Source of the DNA: an uncultured virus (IMG/VR IMGVR_UViG_3300022858_000986)
Lineage: Duplodnaviria > Heunggongvirae > Uroviricota > Caudoviricetes
Strand: one strand, 5' to 3'
Length of the DNA stretch: 64,000 bases
IMG/VR virus record: IMGVR_UViG_3300022858_000986
A program made the translations under genes and the position numbers. Shown here piece by piece: positions 1 through 10,251 of the stretch. Each line of letters starts with the position of its first letter. The first letter of the stretch is position 1. Below the pieces are notes generated by a model. The model saw only the letters and a program-made list of their open reading frames with translations, had not been told where the DNA came from and made no database searches.

Positions 1-260
1 TTTTATCCAGAATCATTATCAAAAATGTATGATGATTTGGTGAATGAAAAAAAATAAGAGAACCTATTGATAGTGTACTGCCTGATGATTGGGTTGAAAC
101 TAAAGTTGATATGACACAGATAACGGGGGGGAAACTTCAAGATTTTATTAATGTATTAGATGATGCAATTAGGTATCTTGAAAATCATCATTATAATACA
201 GCAAAATTAATAGAATCTACACAAAAAATATTAGGAACTTATGACAAAAAGGAATAAACT

Positions 261-629
261 ATGAATAAAAAATTAGACATAAAATATTTGGGTGTTCCGA
301 ATATATGTTTTTCATTGACAAAAAAAAATGATGATAGAGAAAAAGAATATTCTAAGCAAAGAATAAAAAGAGGATTTGATGATTCAGAAACTTGGTCAGT
401 TGGCGACACTATCATTAATTTTGCAATCCCAAGACTTGAAAGGTATGTAGAAATTACTAAAGATTGTCTTGATGAAAAAGAATTTACCATTAATTGTGAA
501 AAAGTTATTGAATCATTTAAACTTTTATCAAGAAATGAAGGGATTAGAATTTTCACAGACAAAGAAAGAATCATAGTTGATGAGGGATTAAAGTTATTTG
601 GTGAAATATTGGAAGGATTGTGGTGGTAA
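261..629 (+). CDS. hypothetical phage protein
   Basis: 122-aa ORF with AAGGA upstream; no recognised function. Confidence 0.6.
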   Translation: MNKKLDIKYLGVPNICFSLTKKNDDREKEYSKQRIKRGFDDSETWSVGDTIINFAIPRLERYVEITKDCLDEKEFTINCEKVIESFKLLSRNEGIRIFTDKERIIVDEGLKLFGEILEGLWW

Positions 630-910
630 GTTACCCATAATAAGCTGGAGCAACTAAAGGGAAAGTTAAACAATAAAATTATGAGGAGGAATTATGGAAG
701 AATACAATGTAGAATTAGTAGAATTTAAACTTAAACTATGGAACAATCTATTGAATAGCACAATAGATTTTATCAAAAGAGCAGATATCGATAATGAACA
801 AATTAAAACATCAATATATATGCTTATAGAATCATCTAAACTTTATAATAATATAATTGAAAAAAATTGTTAATAAACAATATATGGAGACAAAGTTAAA
901 CAATAAAATT

Positions 911-1132
911 ATGAGAAAAATTTCAGAATTAAAAAATGGCGAAATCGCAATAATAAAAGATATAATTGGTGGACAGCATTTTATTAATAAAATTGAATCT
1001 TTGGGAATAAGAGTTGGTGTCGAAATATCAAAAGTTTCATCTCAAATGATGTGCGGCCCCATTACTATTAATATTGGGCAAACTCAAATTGCAATTGGCT
1101 ATAAAATGGCAAAAAGAATTATTGTTGAGTAA
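911..1132 (+). CDS. feoA: FeoA-family SH3-like protein
   Basis: ISELKNGEIAII...LGIRVGVEI...GPITINIGQTQIAIGYKMAKRI; start taken at ATG 911. Confidence 0.8.
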   Translation: MRKISELKNGEIAIIKDIIGGQHFINKIESLGIRVGVEISKVSSQMMCGPITINIGQTQIAIGYKMAKRIIVE

Positions 1133-2179
1133 AAAATATTAAAGAGAGGCAATTTTATGGAAAAAGTAACAAAAGTAGAAGTTGTAATAAATAATATAAA
1201 TGAAGCATTAAAAGATAATGATGAAAAAGTATTAATTGTTGAAGTAAACATTGGAAACACACCATCTGATGAAGTTGATGAATATATTGGCAATGTTGCT
1301 TTAGCCGTAGAAGACATAGAAAAATTAAACGGCTATGAAAAATTATATATTCCGTTTAGAACTTATAAAGAAAGAACAAGAATAACTAAAATTAAAAAAT
1401 CAGCATTGAATAAAGCAGGGTGGTTTAATGAAAAGAAGTAGAATTGAACTTGAATATGACATCACACAAAGGTTTAAAATGAAAACTAAACCACGTGGCA
1501 AGAAAAAGAAATTGTTCGGAATTCACATTACAGAATATCATTGGTTTCATGGCAAGCAAGATACGCATATAAAAAAATATGATACAGCGAAAGGACGTGA
1601 TGAAGCAATGAAACATACTAAAAATTTTAGATGGCGATTAAAATGGCACAAAGTAAACTGGCAATATAGCGAAGAAGAAAATAAAAAATGTTGGTGTAAA
1701 GTTGGGAATGTTATTTATTCGCCATGAAAATCTAAGGAGTAAACGTATGAAAAAAATGCTTAAATATTTCGAACTAAAGTATAATTTAATCCAATTCAAA
1801 TTTGGAAGAAAATACTATGGTGGAGATTTTTTCTTAATTCACGCACAATTATGTATGGGTAATTTTTGGTCTGACACTAAGATTAAATCTTGTGGTTCTA
1901 TAATAATAAAGAAGGAAAGATATGAAAATAAATAATTGCCCACTTTGTGGGAAAGAATGTAAAATTACCGAAGAGGACGGTTGGATTGTAGGGCTGGACA
2001 AATATTCAGTAATACAATGTACATCTTGTCTTATAAGGTCGGGTCGATTTGAAGACGCCAATGATGCAATTAAATGGTGGAATAATTTACCACAAAAATC
2101 AAATTCAGAAGAATAAAATGAAAATAAATTTTAGAAAAAGTGCAATGTTCTAAATATTCTTAAAAAAGGAGATTTAGGT

Positions 2180-2422
2180 ATGAGTAGAAGTTTTAAAAAG
2201 TATCCACATTTTAGCGAAGGTAGAAAACATCTTAAGTTTGCTAAAAGACAGGCAAATAAAAAAGTAAGAAGAACTAAAAATATTATTTCTAATGGTAAAG
2301 CTTATAAAAAAATTTATGAGCAATGGGATATTAGAGATTTTATTTTTGTAGATTATAGTAACCCCAAAATTATAGACCAGGATTCTATTTGGGTTCCTCG
2401 TTATCAAGGGTTGGCAAAATAG
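2180..2422 (+). CDS. small basic conserved phage protein
   Basis: MSRSFKK...KRQANKKVRR...YKK...WDI.D pattern; AGGAG SD. Confidence 0.6.
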   Translation: MSRSFKKYPHFSEGRKHLKFAKRQANKKVRRTKNIISNGKAYKKIYEQWDIRDFIFVDYSNPKIIDQDSIWVPRYQGLAK

Positions 2423-2936
2423 AAATTGAAGTATATTTGAAATATAATTTCAACAAAGAAAAATGCTGAAGAATTTCTATTCAGAGCTGGGATTAACACC
2501 AATAGCAAAAGTCGTAAATAATATAAAGGAGACAATTATGTATAAACAAGTAGAGACAGACAAAATATCAATGTTTGAAAATGGGGCACTCTTCGATCCA
2601 ATTGCAACATTAGCTGATGAACATGGCGGACGATGTCAAATATCAATAGACGATCATTGCTATAACTTAAGTTTAAAACAAGAAGATGGAAAATATAAAA
2701 CCACACCATATATATTTTCAGAAGCTTTTGAAGTTTTAAAAACATTACCGTATCTTGCAATGCCTTAGTAAAGAATAATGAAACGCAAAGAAACATTAGC
2801 ATGATTCAAACATGGTGAGCGATATAGTAAAAAAAAATGGAATTAAATCTTATGGAATGTATAAATTTTACTATATACATAAAGTAGGAAGTAGAAACAA
2901 ATTATATAAAAAAATACATAAAGAAGGAGATTTATT

Positions 2937-3077
2937 ATGCCAAAAAGAGACGGAACAGGACCAAATGGAGACGGAGCAAAAACAGGAAATGAATGGGGTA
3001 AATGTGACGCAGACGGAATAAAAAAAATTAAACCAGGTGGACGTTTTGGTAAAGACTGGGCAGAGCCAAAGAAATAA
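2937..3077 (+). CDS. DUF5320-like small protein
   Basis: MPKRDGTGPNGDGAKTG..WGKC; AAGGAG SD; absent from ORF track. Confidence 0.6.
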   Translation: MPKRDGTGPNGDGAKTGNEWGKCDADGIKKIKPGGRFGKDWAEPKK

Positions 3078-3078
3078 A

Positions 3079-3426
3079 ATGTTTAAGTGAATTAAGACAA
3101 TAGTTAAATGAGCAAAGGTTGGTGTTGAAAATGTATCATCCTTACCAGAACATGCAAAAATAGGATTGCCATTCTCAATATTTTTTATAATTTTTGGTGT
3201 AGTAGCATCATTAATATTTAAGCAATGATGGTTATTTATATGCGCATCTATATTTTATATTGGTATCCTTATAGGTTTTGAAGTTAAGCAATGGAACTTA
3301 CAAGAAGGTAAAGAAAAAATTAAATTCTGATTACAATATAAATTTATTGATAGTTGTTGCGATGTAGTTGCGGGAAGTTGATTGACAATTATAGCAACAG
3401 GACTTGTAATAATATTTTCAATATAA
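3079..3426 (+). CDS. membrane protein (5 in-frame TGA read as Trp)
   Basis: 115-codon frame ending TAA, three hydrophobic segments, fills the intergenic gap exactly. Confidence 0.65.
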
Positions 3427-3436
3427 AGTTGCAAAT

Positions 3437-3471
3437 GCGGGTGTAGCTCAATCGGTAGAGCGTAACGTTGC
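3437..3471 (+). pseudogene. 5' half of interrupted tRNA-Gly
   Basis: GCGGGTG TA GCTC AATCGGTA GAGC GTAACG TTGC, broken inside the anticodon. Confidence 0.75.
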
Positions 3472-3543
3472 GGGTTTATTTTAATGGTAGAATAAATGAG
3501 TGCCACTCATTAGATGGGGATTCGATTTCCCCAATCCGCTCCA
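3470..3543 (+). tRNA. tRNA-Gly(GCC), divergent AT-rich
   Basis: Acceptor GCGGGTT/AATCCGC, U73+CCA, anticodon arm AATGA-GTGCCAC-TCATT, T arm GGGGA-TTCGATT-TCCCC; D-arm spacing slightly non-canonical. Confidence 0.8.
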
Positions 3544-3561
3544 AAAAAGTTTCGATTTTTT

Positions 3562-3594
3562 TTCTCCGCTATATATTTATAGTAGTAAGGAGAA
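3562..3594 (+). promoter_or_regulatory. SD-sequestering hairpin with candidate late promoter
   Basis: TTCTCC/GGAGAA and GCTATA/TATAGT pairings covering the SD of gene 3600; ATATTTATA at apex. Confidence 0.5.
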
Positions 3595-3599
3595 TAAAA

Positions 3600-4454
3600 A
3601 TGAAAAGAATATGTAAATGATGTAAAAAAGAAATTAAATTTAAAAATCTTCAACAATTTGGAGCCCATATTAGAAACTGCCCAAGCAATCCCGCAAAACA
3701 AAAAATAAATGAAAAAATAGCAAAAAAAAATACAAAAGAAAGAAAATTTTATAAGTTTAATTGTAAAAAATGCAATAAAGAATATATGGTTGAACTTACT
3801 AAAACCCAACTTAACAAAGGAAAATATAAAAAATTTTGTAGTAGAAAATGTGCAAACAGCAGACAACATTCAAAAGAGACAATACAAAAAATAACAAAAG
3901 CAAATACTGGCAAAAAATATTTAACAAAAGAAAATTATAAATTTACTAAAATAAAAATAAAACAATGTAAAGTATGTAATGCGCCATTTGTAGTCAAGAC
4001 ATCAAATTCCAAAAAAACATGTTGTTGTAAATTATGCTATGATATACAAAATAAATGGTCAAAAAACAAAGGCGAAAACAACCCAATGTATGGAAAGCCG
4101 CCACTAAATAAAAATTATGTAAGCGGTTATTTCTATAGTAATAAAAATAATAAAACATGGTATTACAAAAGTTCATACGAATTAAAGGCATTTAAAATTA
4201 TTGAAAATAATAAAAACATTCTTTCATACGAATATGAACCATTTAACATTCCATATGACAAGAATAACCATTCGACTATACCAGATTTTTTAGTAATATA
4301 TAAAAATAATAAAAAAAAATTAATAGAAATTAAGCCAAAAAGATTGTTAAATATATGAAACAATAACAAAAAAATAAATATAATGAAAGATTATTGTAAA
4401 AATAATAATATATTATTTGAAGTTTGGACAGAAAAGAAACTATTTACACAATAG
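3600..4454 (+). CDS. free-standing zinc-finger TnsA-like PD-(D/E)XK endonuclease (2 TGA=Trp)
   Basis: CK*C, FCSRKCAN, GENNPMYGK (NUMOD3-like), YEYEPFNIPY...PDFLV...LIEIKP...FEVWTE; 284 aa when TGA at 3618 and 4356 is read through. Confidence 0.8.
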
Positions 4455-4458
4455 AAGT

Positions 4459-4492
4459 GAGGTCGCCAGTTCGAACCTGGTCGTCCGCTCCA
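4459..4492 (+). pseudogene. 3' half of interrupted tRNA-Gly
   Basis: GAGGTC GCCAG TTCGAAC CTGGT CGTCCGC TCCA; acceptor strand pairs with 3437-3443. Confidence 0.75.
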
Positions 4493-4507
4493 AAACAAAC
4501 AAATAAC

Positions 4508-4745
4508 GGGGTAATTTGTAGGATACTCGTTGCGTTTCAAACAACAGAAAAAATAATATCGTTAATCTTGGATAGCGTTAGGAGAAACCTAACAAACAAT
4601 AGTGGATGAAATGCCACCCCAATGTAAGGCTGTCGCCAAGAACTGAAGGCCTAATATATTATTTTTCAACACTAATTTGTAAGATGAACGGCAAACTTGG
4701 TTACAAGAGGCTTTACAGGCCATCACTGAGTTTTCGCAATGCCCA
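4508..4745 (+). ncRNA. candidate structured RNA, unknown family
   Basis: GC-richer region without a convincing ORF, several helices, ends before a terminator. Confidence 0.4.
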
Positions 4746-4768
4746 ATAATCATTCAAAAGATTAGTAT

Positions 4769-4800
4769 AATGATGCACTCTTAAGTGCATCATTTTTTTT
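4769..4800 (+). terminator. intrinsic terminator
   Basis: AATGATGCACT-CTTA-AGTGCATCATT followed by T run. Confidence 0.85.
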
Positions 4801-4821
4801 ACCTAAGAATAAAAAATAAAC

Positions 4822-4870
4822 TTGACAAAACCACCAATAAGAATACTATAGTAATGTAAGTGAGAGAGAT
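4822..4870 (+). promoter_or_regulatory. repeated early promoter module, copy 1
   Basis: TTGACA-N16-TACTAT-AGTAATGTAAGTGAGAGAG; near-identical copies at 7627, 8293, 9426, 22965. Confidence 0.85.
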
Positions 4871-5087
4871 AAAAAAAAATAAAAGGGAGGCAAATTATGA
4901 AATGTAACCAATGCGAAGCCATGGTTGTTAATGGCATTTTTATCCATGAGGTTGGATGTCCAAATGATAGCAAAGAATTTATTGATGGCGAATGGGTTAG
5001 TATTACTGAATGTCCTATTTGCGGTTTTGACGTTATAGAAGGTGAAAGTTGTAGCTGTTATGGTGAAGAAATAGAGGGAGAATAATT

Positions 5088-5339
5088 ATGAAAATGTTAC
5101 AAGGAGAAGCGGTAGACAGATTAGAAGAAATAGCCGAAGAAATGCAAAACCTCGTTGACGAGGCACGTGAAATTGTTAGAGAGTTTAATCATAAAGGCGT
5201 AATGATTGGCAATGCAGACGCATATGTTTTTGAACATCTTAATGAGTCAATTGAAAATCAAAACCGATATAATCAATCTATAATGTCACTTGCAAACGCC
5301 ATTAGAGATTACGGCGAAGATGAAGAGGAGGAGGCATGA
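5088..5339 (+). CDS. hypothetical acidic protein ending at TGA
   Basis: 83 aa; TGA overlaps ATG (ATGA) of next gene at 5336, which has a GAGGAGG SD. Confidence 0.6.
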   Translation: MKMLQGEAVDRLEEIAEEMQNLVDEAREIVREFNHKGVMIGNADAYVFEHLNESIENQNRYNQSIMSLANAIRDYGEDEEEEA

Positions 5340-6123
5340 GTTTGAAGTTTTCAGACGGAATGGAATTTGATACCTCTGGTGAATATAGAACAGTAACCAA
5401 ATCAGACGGATTATATGTTGTTGGACATGGAATGTTAATACCCGTAAAAGATGAAGAAGAAGGAAAGAAATTCATTGACGATAAAAGGAGATAAAATGAA
5501 AAATTTTGTTATTGAACATTCAGATTGCTCAGGCTGGTATTTTAATAAAAAACTTAATTATGTAACAATAATCGATGCACATGTATTTAAAACTGAAAAA
5601 GAATTTTACGACGAAGCAGACACAATAAAAGGAAGATGCCAATACACGATAATGAAAAAAATGTATAAATTTGTTGCAATTGAAGAAATAGAAGCACGTA
5701 TGAAGGCTAATCAAACGAAGACGAGTAGCGAAAAATAAAGGATGGCAAATTATGGCGCAAATAATAGCAAAAAGTTGTATAAAATGTTCACGATGGGCAA
5801 AGTTCCCAATATTTATAAAAAATGTTTGCTTTTTGAATGACGTTGAAGTTATATTAGATATAGACAAAGGATTTTTAAGAGAGACGATTAGGGTCGAAAT
5901 AACTGGCGAGAAATTAAAAGTAAAAAAGGTAGCACGTATAATTGAGACATCAGTTAAAAAATATAATAAATATTAAGTTAGAAGATTATAGCGGATTGTA
6001 TTCCACCAAAATATCTTGACAGATAAAATAATAATTTGATAAAAGAATAAAAAGATAAAGCCCAACATTCGACACCAAAGAGTAAAAAGTGTCGAATGTT
6101 TGAAATAATAAAAGGAGAATAAA

Positions 6124-6492
6124 ATGAGCGAGAAAATTAAACAAGTATTAGACATTATCAAAACAATGTCAGTGTGGGAATTTAACGAAACGACTTCGGC
6201 ACTTGAAAAGGAGTTCGATATTGTAGCGAGGCCACCAGAAGCTATTATTGTTCAGAAAGTTGTAAAAGAAGAAGCACAAACAGAATTTGACGTTATAATG
6301 ACTGATTTTATACCAACAAAGAAAATCAGAGTTATTAAAGAAGCAAGAACTATATTAGGCACAATGCTTAAAGAAACAAAAGATTTAGTTGAAGCGAAAA
6401 ATCTTGCGTTATCAACAGGCTGTAATTTAGATGAAGCCAATAGACTAAAGAAAAGATTCGAAGAAATTGGTTGTACAATCATAGTTAAATAA
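6124..6492 (+). CDS. rplL: ribosomal protein L7/L12
   Basis: IKTMSVWEF...LEKEFDI, QTEFDVIM, KKIRVIKEAR...LKETKDLVE. Confidence 0.9.
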   Translation: MSEKIKQVLDIIKTMSVWEFNETTSALEKEFDIVARPPEAIIVQKVVKEEAQTEFDVIMTDFIPTKKIRVIKEARTILGTMLKETKDLVEAKNLALSTGCNLDEANRLKKRFEEIGCTIIVK

Positions 6493-6515
6493 AGGAAAAT
6501 ATAAGGAGACACAAG

Positions 6516-7061
6516 ATGAAATGGATTAAAGATATTGGAAATTGAGTCGTAAATCATTGGATAGAGATTGCACTTATTTGTATTGCTGTAGGAGTTACAT
6601 GATTATCTCCAGTAGCATCGGCAATAATGTTCACAATGTGGTATTGGGTAGGTGAAGGTGCAACTGAAGGATATACGTGGTCAACTAGCGAAAGGCGACA
6701 TGGCAATTATATTATAAGACCTGGAATTCACGACAGCCCATTATTCAAAACCGCTCAGGGCAGGTGGTGTTACCATACATGGCGAGTTATGGGCGAGAAT
6801 GTTGGAATGTTTGGTTCTGTTATAATGTATGTTTGGTTGGCACATCAGGGTTATGCATTACAAGGATTATTGTTTGATTATATGGGGGCAACGATGGCTG
6901 GAATATTCTTTTATGAAAGAGTATTTAATCATATATCTTATAATGATTTATGGCCACAGAAATCAAGTTGGGATGTTCTTAACGGTTGGATTATTGTTCC
7001 AAGGGCTGTTTGGCAAGATTTTGTTTTGTTAATAGTTGGAATAGCATTTGTTGTATTATAA
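6516..7061 (+). CDS. membrane protein (2 TGA=Trp)
   Basis: AAGGAG SD before ATG 6516, in frame with track ORF 6627; hydrophobic segments. Confidence 0.65.
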
Positions 7062-7077
7062 ATAAAGGAGACACAAG

Positions 7078-7335
7078 ATGAATAAAAATCAATATAAACC
7101 AGTTTGCATTGTCTGGCATGATGCAAGATTATACACTGGAACATATACAAAAGACGAATGCGAGAAAGTCAAAATGTGTTTATTTACAACATTAGGATAT
7201 TTACTTGAAAAAGATGATATAACCACAATTATTGCAGAAGAGTATAACGATGAGGGAGATTATAGAAATATCATGTTAATACCTACTGGGTCAATTATTA
7301 GCATTCAGAACATGAAATTAGTCACGGCTGTGTAA
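7078..7335 (+). CDS. hypothetical protein
   Basis: 85 aa, V.WHDA...TLGYLL...IP.GSI pattern; lies between the direct repeats. Confidence 0.65.
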   Translation: MNKNQYKPVCIVWHDARLYTGTYTKDECEKVKMCLFTTLGYLLEKDDITTIIAEEYNDEGDYRNIMLIPTGSIISIQNMKLVTAV

Positions 7336-7452
7336 ATCATCGTGTTCTTTTACTGTTAAAACTATAAGATTTTTTGGGTCATTATTGTTTGTGTTTCTGT
7401 CTTTATGATGTATTTCGAGAGAATCAATACGGCTTTTCTTTCCAGTTTTACC
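7318..7452 (-). pseudogene. 5'-truncated HNH endonuclease
   Basis: Minus strand reads EIHHKDRNTNNNDPKNLIVLTVKEHDDLHSRD*; cut at the repeat junction, no nearby start. Confidence 0.75.
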
Positions 7453-7626
7453 AGATTTTGCTTTGTTAGTAGTTGGAATAGCATTTGTTGTATTATAAAT
7501 AAAGGAGATTGGAATGAAATAAAAAACTTACAATACTTTAAGATTAGTTTATTTTAATACCTGAATGTTGTAAATAAGTAAAGTTTTGAATGCATTTGCA
7601 AACCATTCGCAATCAGATTAAAAAAC

Positions 7627-7684
7627 TTGACAAAACCACCAATAAGAATACTATAGTAATGTAAGTGAGAGAGTGAAAGAGATA
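7627..7684 (+). promoter_or_regulatory. repeated early promoter module, copy 2
   Basis: Identical TTGACA-N16-TACTAT core and leader. Confidence 0.85.
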
Positions 7685-7698
7685 ATAAGGAGAGCAAA

Positions 7699-8280
7699 AT
7701 GAAAACAATTAATGCAATTAAATTTAATGAAGATAATATTTATGCGTTTAGAGCAAATATTATTCCATCAAAGCAATATCATAAAAAGTATGGCTTCAAT
7801 TCAATAAGAACTGCTTTTATTCTAAATGCTGGTAGAACGGACATAAATGGTGATTATAATGATTTCAGAGCAATGTCAATAAGTCATGGCGAACAAAATA
7901 TATTCACCTTTACATCATTTAGTACTTTTTTAACAACTTTAAATACACACAATATTCAACTATTTGTTTTCGAAACAATTGCTGAATTTGCAGTATGGGT
8001 ATTGACCAACGCAATTGTAATGGAAGATGCATCCGCAAAAGAAGTACATAGTTATATGAAAAAGCAAATGCCATCAACTTTAGGGCAAATTGCTAAAATT
8101 CAAAGAGCAAAACATTACGATTATAAATCAGAAATAGATAATACAAAAAAATATGGTTGCGACGAATGTGGTTGGGTATATAATGATACAATACAAAGCA
8201 AATCATTTCACGTTCTTGGTAAGTTTTTTGTTTGCCCAGAATGTGGTGCAAACAAAGCTTACTTCACAAAATTGAATTAA
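7699..8280 (+). CDS. protein with C-terminal rubredoxin-like domain
   Basis: YGCDECGWVY...FVCPECGANKAYF. Confidence 0.65.
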   Translation: MKTINAIKFNEDNIYAFRANIIPSKQYHKKYGFNSIRTAFILNAGRTDINGDYNDFRAMSISHGEQNIFTFTSFSTFLTTLNTHNIQLFVFETIAEFAVWVLTNAIVMEDASAKEVHSYMKKQMPSTLGQIAKIQRAKHYDYKSEIDNTKKYGCDECGWVYNDTIQSKSFHVLGKFFVCPECGANKAYFTKLN

Positions 8281-8292
8281 AGATTAATAAAC

Positions 8293-8350
8293 TTGACAAA
8301 ACCACCAATAAGAATACTATAGTAATGTAAGTGAGAGAGTGAAAGAGATA
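8293..8350 (+). promoter_or_regulatory. repeated early promoter module, copy 3
   Basis: Identical core and leader. Confidence 0.85.
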
Positions 8351-8379
8351 AAAAATAAAGAAATAAAGAGGAGATTAAT

Positions 8380-9006
8380 ATGAGTTATTTTTGTGCAAAT
8401 GCTATTTCAATCAACAAGAAAGAGTTAACCTGTAAAGTTAAAGGCGGAGACAATAATGTTATGCCACGTTCAAATTATTGGTCAAGATATTTTCCAATTA
8501 GTGAAGTAATCAAAGAAATATTTGGCGGAAACATTCAATTCAAAACAAGAAGTGATAAAAATATTGCTATTGAAAATCTGGCGTATAAGTATGATAAACT
8601 GATGAAAGAATTAACTGGGTTGAGTGCCTATGACGCAAGTGATTTACCAAAGACTCCAAAAGAAACACTTGCAACTTATGAGGCTACACCAGAAACTCAT
8701 TGGAATTACAAAAATATTGTCAAAATAATCGAAGTTTTGAAAGATGAAAAAATGCTTGATGGTGTTGCAAAACTTAAAGAAGAGTTTGTGCAAGAAGTAA
8801 TTAATATGAAACTCGACAAGAAAAAATTTGTTATTTTCAATAAAGAGCATAACGCATATGTTTCAAAATCAACCAAAAGAAGTTTGCACATGAGCGCATT
8901 TGATAATTTTGCAAAAAAGTTTACTTTGCTTAAAGCAAAAGATATATTAAAATCATATGACAAAAACGCATATGCAATTCTTCCAGTCAAAATAAGAGAG
9001 ATATAA
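8380..9006 (+). CDS. hypothetical protein
   Basis: 208-aa ORF, GAGGAG SD, behind promoter repeat. Confidence 0.65.
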   Translation: MSYFCANAISINKKELTCKVKGGDNNVMPRSNYWSRYFPISEVIKEIFGGNIQFKTRSDKNIAIENLAYKYDKLMKELTGLSAYDASDLPKTPKETLATYEATPETHWNYKNIVKIIEVLKDEKMLDGVAKLKEEFVQEVINMKLDKKKFVIFNKEHNAYVSKSTKRSLHMSAFDNFAKKFTLLKAKDILKSYDKNAYAILPVKIREI

Positions 9007-9425
9007 TGAAAAAAATAAAAAGAGAAGATATTGAGAATCTATTAATTCTTGATAATTTAAATCCAAATCAAAAAAGATTTCTTAAGATAATGGCAAAATG
9101 GCCAAAAGTAAAAAAATCTCATAATGAAAAAGTAACCCAAGAAGAAATTGAGGTTGCAGAAATATTTCAAGAAATAAGTGACGAAATTGAGATTAATGAT
9201 TCCAAAAATAAGGAGAACAAGTAATGGAAAATAAAAAAGTAGTAGTTACAATCAAATTAGAAATGAGTCCAGAACAATTTTTATCAAGTAATTTCGACGA
9301 TGCATTTGGCTCATTAGGCGAAGTTGGAAATTTAGTATTGAAGAGTGTAGAAACAGAAGGGGCAGAATAAATAAAATGTATTTATGGTTGCATTTCAAGC
9401 GTGAAGAAAGAAGATTAAAATAAAC

Positions 9426-9483
9426 TTGACAAAACCATCAATAAGAATATTATAGTAATGTAAGTGAGAGAGTGAAAGAGATA
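9426..9483 (+). promoter_or_regulatory. repeated early promoter module, copy 4
   Basis: Two substitutions relative to the other copies. Confidence 0.85.
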
Positions 9484-9504
9484 AAAAAAATAAAGGGGGA
9501 TAAG

Positions 9505-10122
9505 ATGACATTAAAAGAATTTTTGAAAAAAGTAAATGGAGAAGAAAGTGGTATTATTGATTATGACGGCAAAGAGGCTTTGGAAGCTGTAAAACAAGAT
9601 GGAGATTTACTACAATATGTAAAAGACCAAACATCTGAGATTTGCTTGGAAGCTGTAAAACAAGATGGGTATTTACTACAATATGTAAAAGACCAAACAT
9701 CTGAGATTTGTCTGGAAGCTGTAAAACAAGATGGAGATTCATTACAATATGTAAAAGAACAAACATCTGAGATTTGCTTGGAAGCTGTAAAACGAAATGG
9801 AGACTCACTACAATATGTAAAAGAACAAACATCGGAGATTTGTCTGGAAGCCGTAAAACAAAATGGATACTCATTAAGGTATGTAAAAGAACAAACATCT
9901 GAGATTTGTTTAGAAGCTGTAAAACAAAATGGATATTCATTAAGATATGTAAAAGAACAAACATCTGAGATTTGTTTGGAAGCTGTAAAGCGAAATGAGT
10001 TGTCATTAAGATATGTGAATAAATCTATATTCACAAAAGCAAGAATTATCGTATTAGACAAAAAGGAGATTGAAATATCAGAAGAGTCTTACCAAAGTTT
10101 TAAAAAACAATTTACAAACTAA
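9505..10122 (+). CDS. DUF4116-type repeat protein
   Basis: About seven tandem 22-aa (66-bp) repeats EICLEAVKQDG..LQYVKEQTS. Confidence 0.8.
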   Translation: MTLKEFLKKVNGEESGIIDYDGKEALEAVKQDGDLLQYVKDQTSEICLEAVKQDGYLLQYVKDQTSEICLEAVKQDGDSLQYVKEQTSEICLEAVKRNGDSLQYVKEQTSEICLEAVKQNGYSLRYVKEQTSEICLEAVKQNGYSLRYVKEQTSEICLEAVKRNELSLRYVNKSIFTKARIIVLDKKEIEISEESYQSFKKQFTN

Positions 10123-10251
10123 GGCGCACATAATGTTAGGTACGCTATGCCAAAGGCAAAGGTATAGTGGCAAACCTTGGAAAGATGCAATTATCCAAAC
10201 TGCAAAAGAACTAGGCTTTGGATATAATAAAATAGACAAATAGGAGTCACA

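Larger units (their letters stand above)
7016..7508 (+). repeat. 56-bp direct repeat pair (7016-7071, 7453-7508)
   Basis: AGATTTTG...GTTGTATTATAAATAAAGGAGA, 2 mismatches. Confidence 0.9.

Noticed and set aside
3472..4458. Insert in tRNA-Gly as a group I intron
   Set aside because: No P7 core seen, and the outer halves would not rebuild an anticodon stem
4508..4560. Possible suppressor tRNA (TTCAAA loop near 4536)
   Set aside because: The stem register does not centre UCA in a 7-nt loop, and there is no D arm or T arm; TTCAAA near 30567 fails the same way
4822..9483. Promoter repeats as CRISPR repeats or attC sites
   Set aside because: Separated by whole genes, non-palindromic, and contain -35/-10 boxes
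9577..10016. Tandem 66-bp repeats as CRISPR array or DGR
   Set aside because: No unique spacers, in-frame 22-aa protein repeats, no cas or reverse transcriptase gene in window
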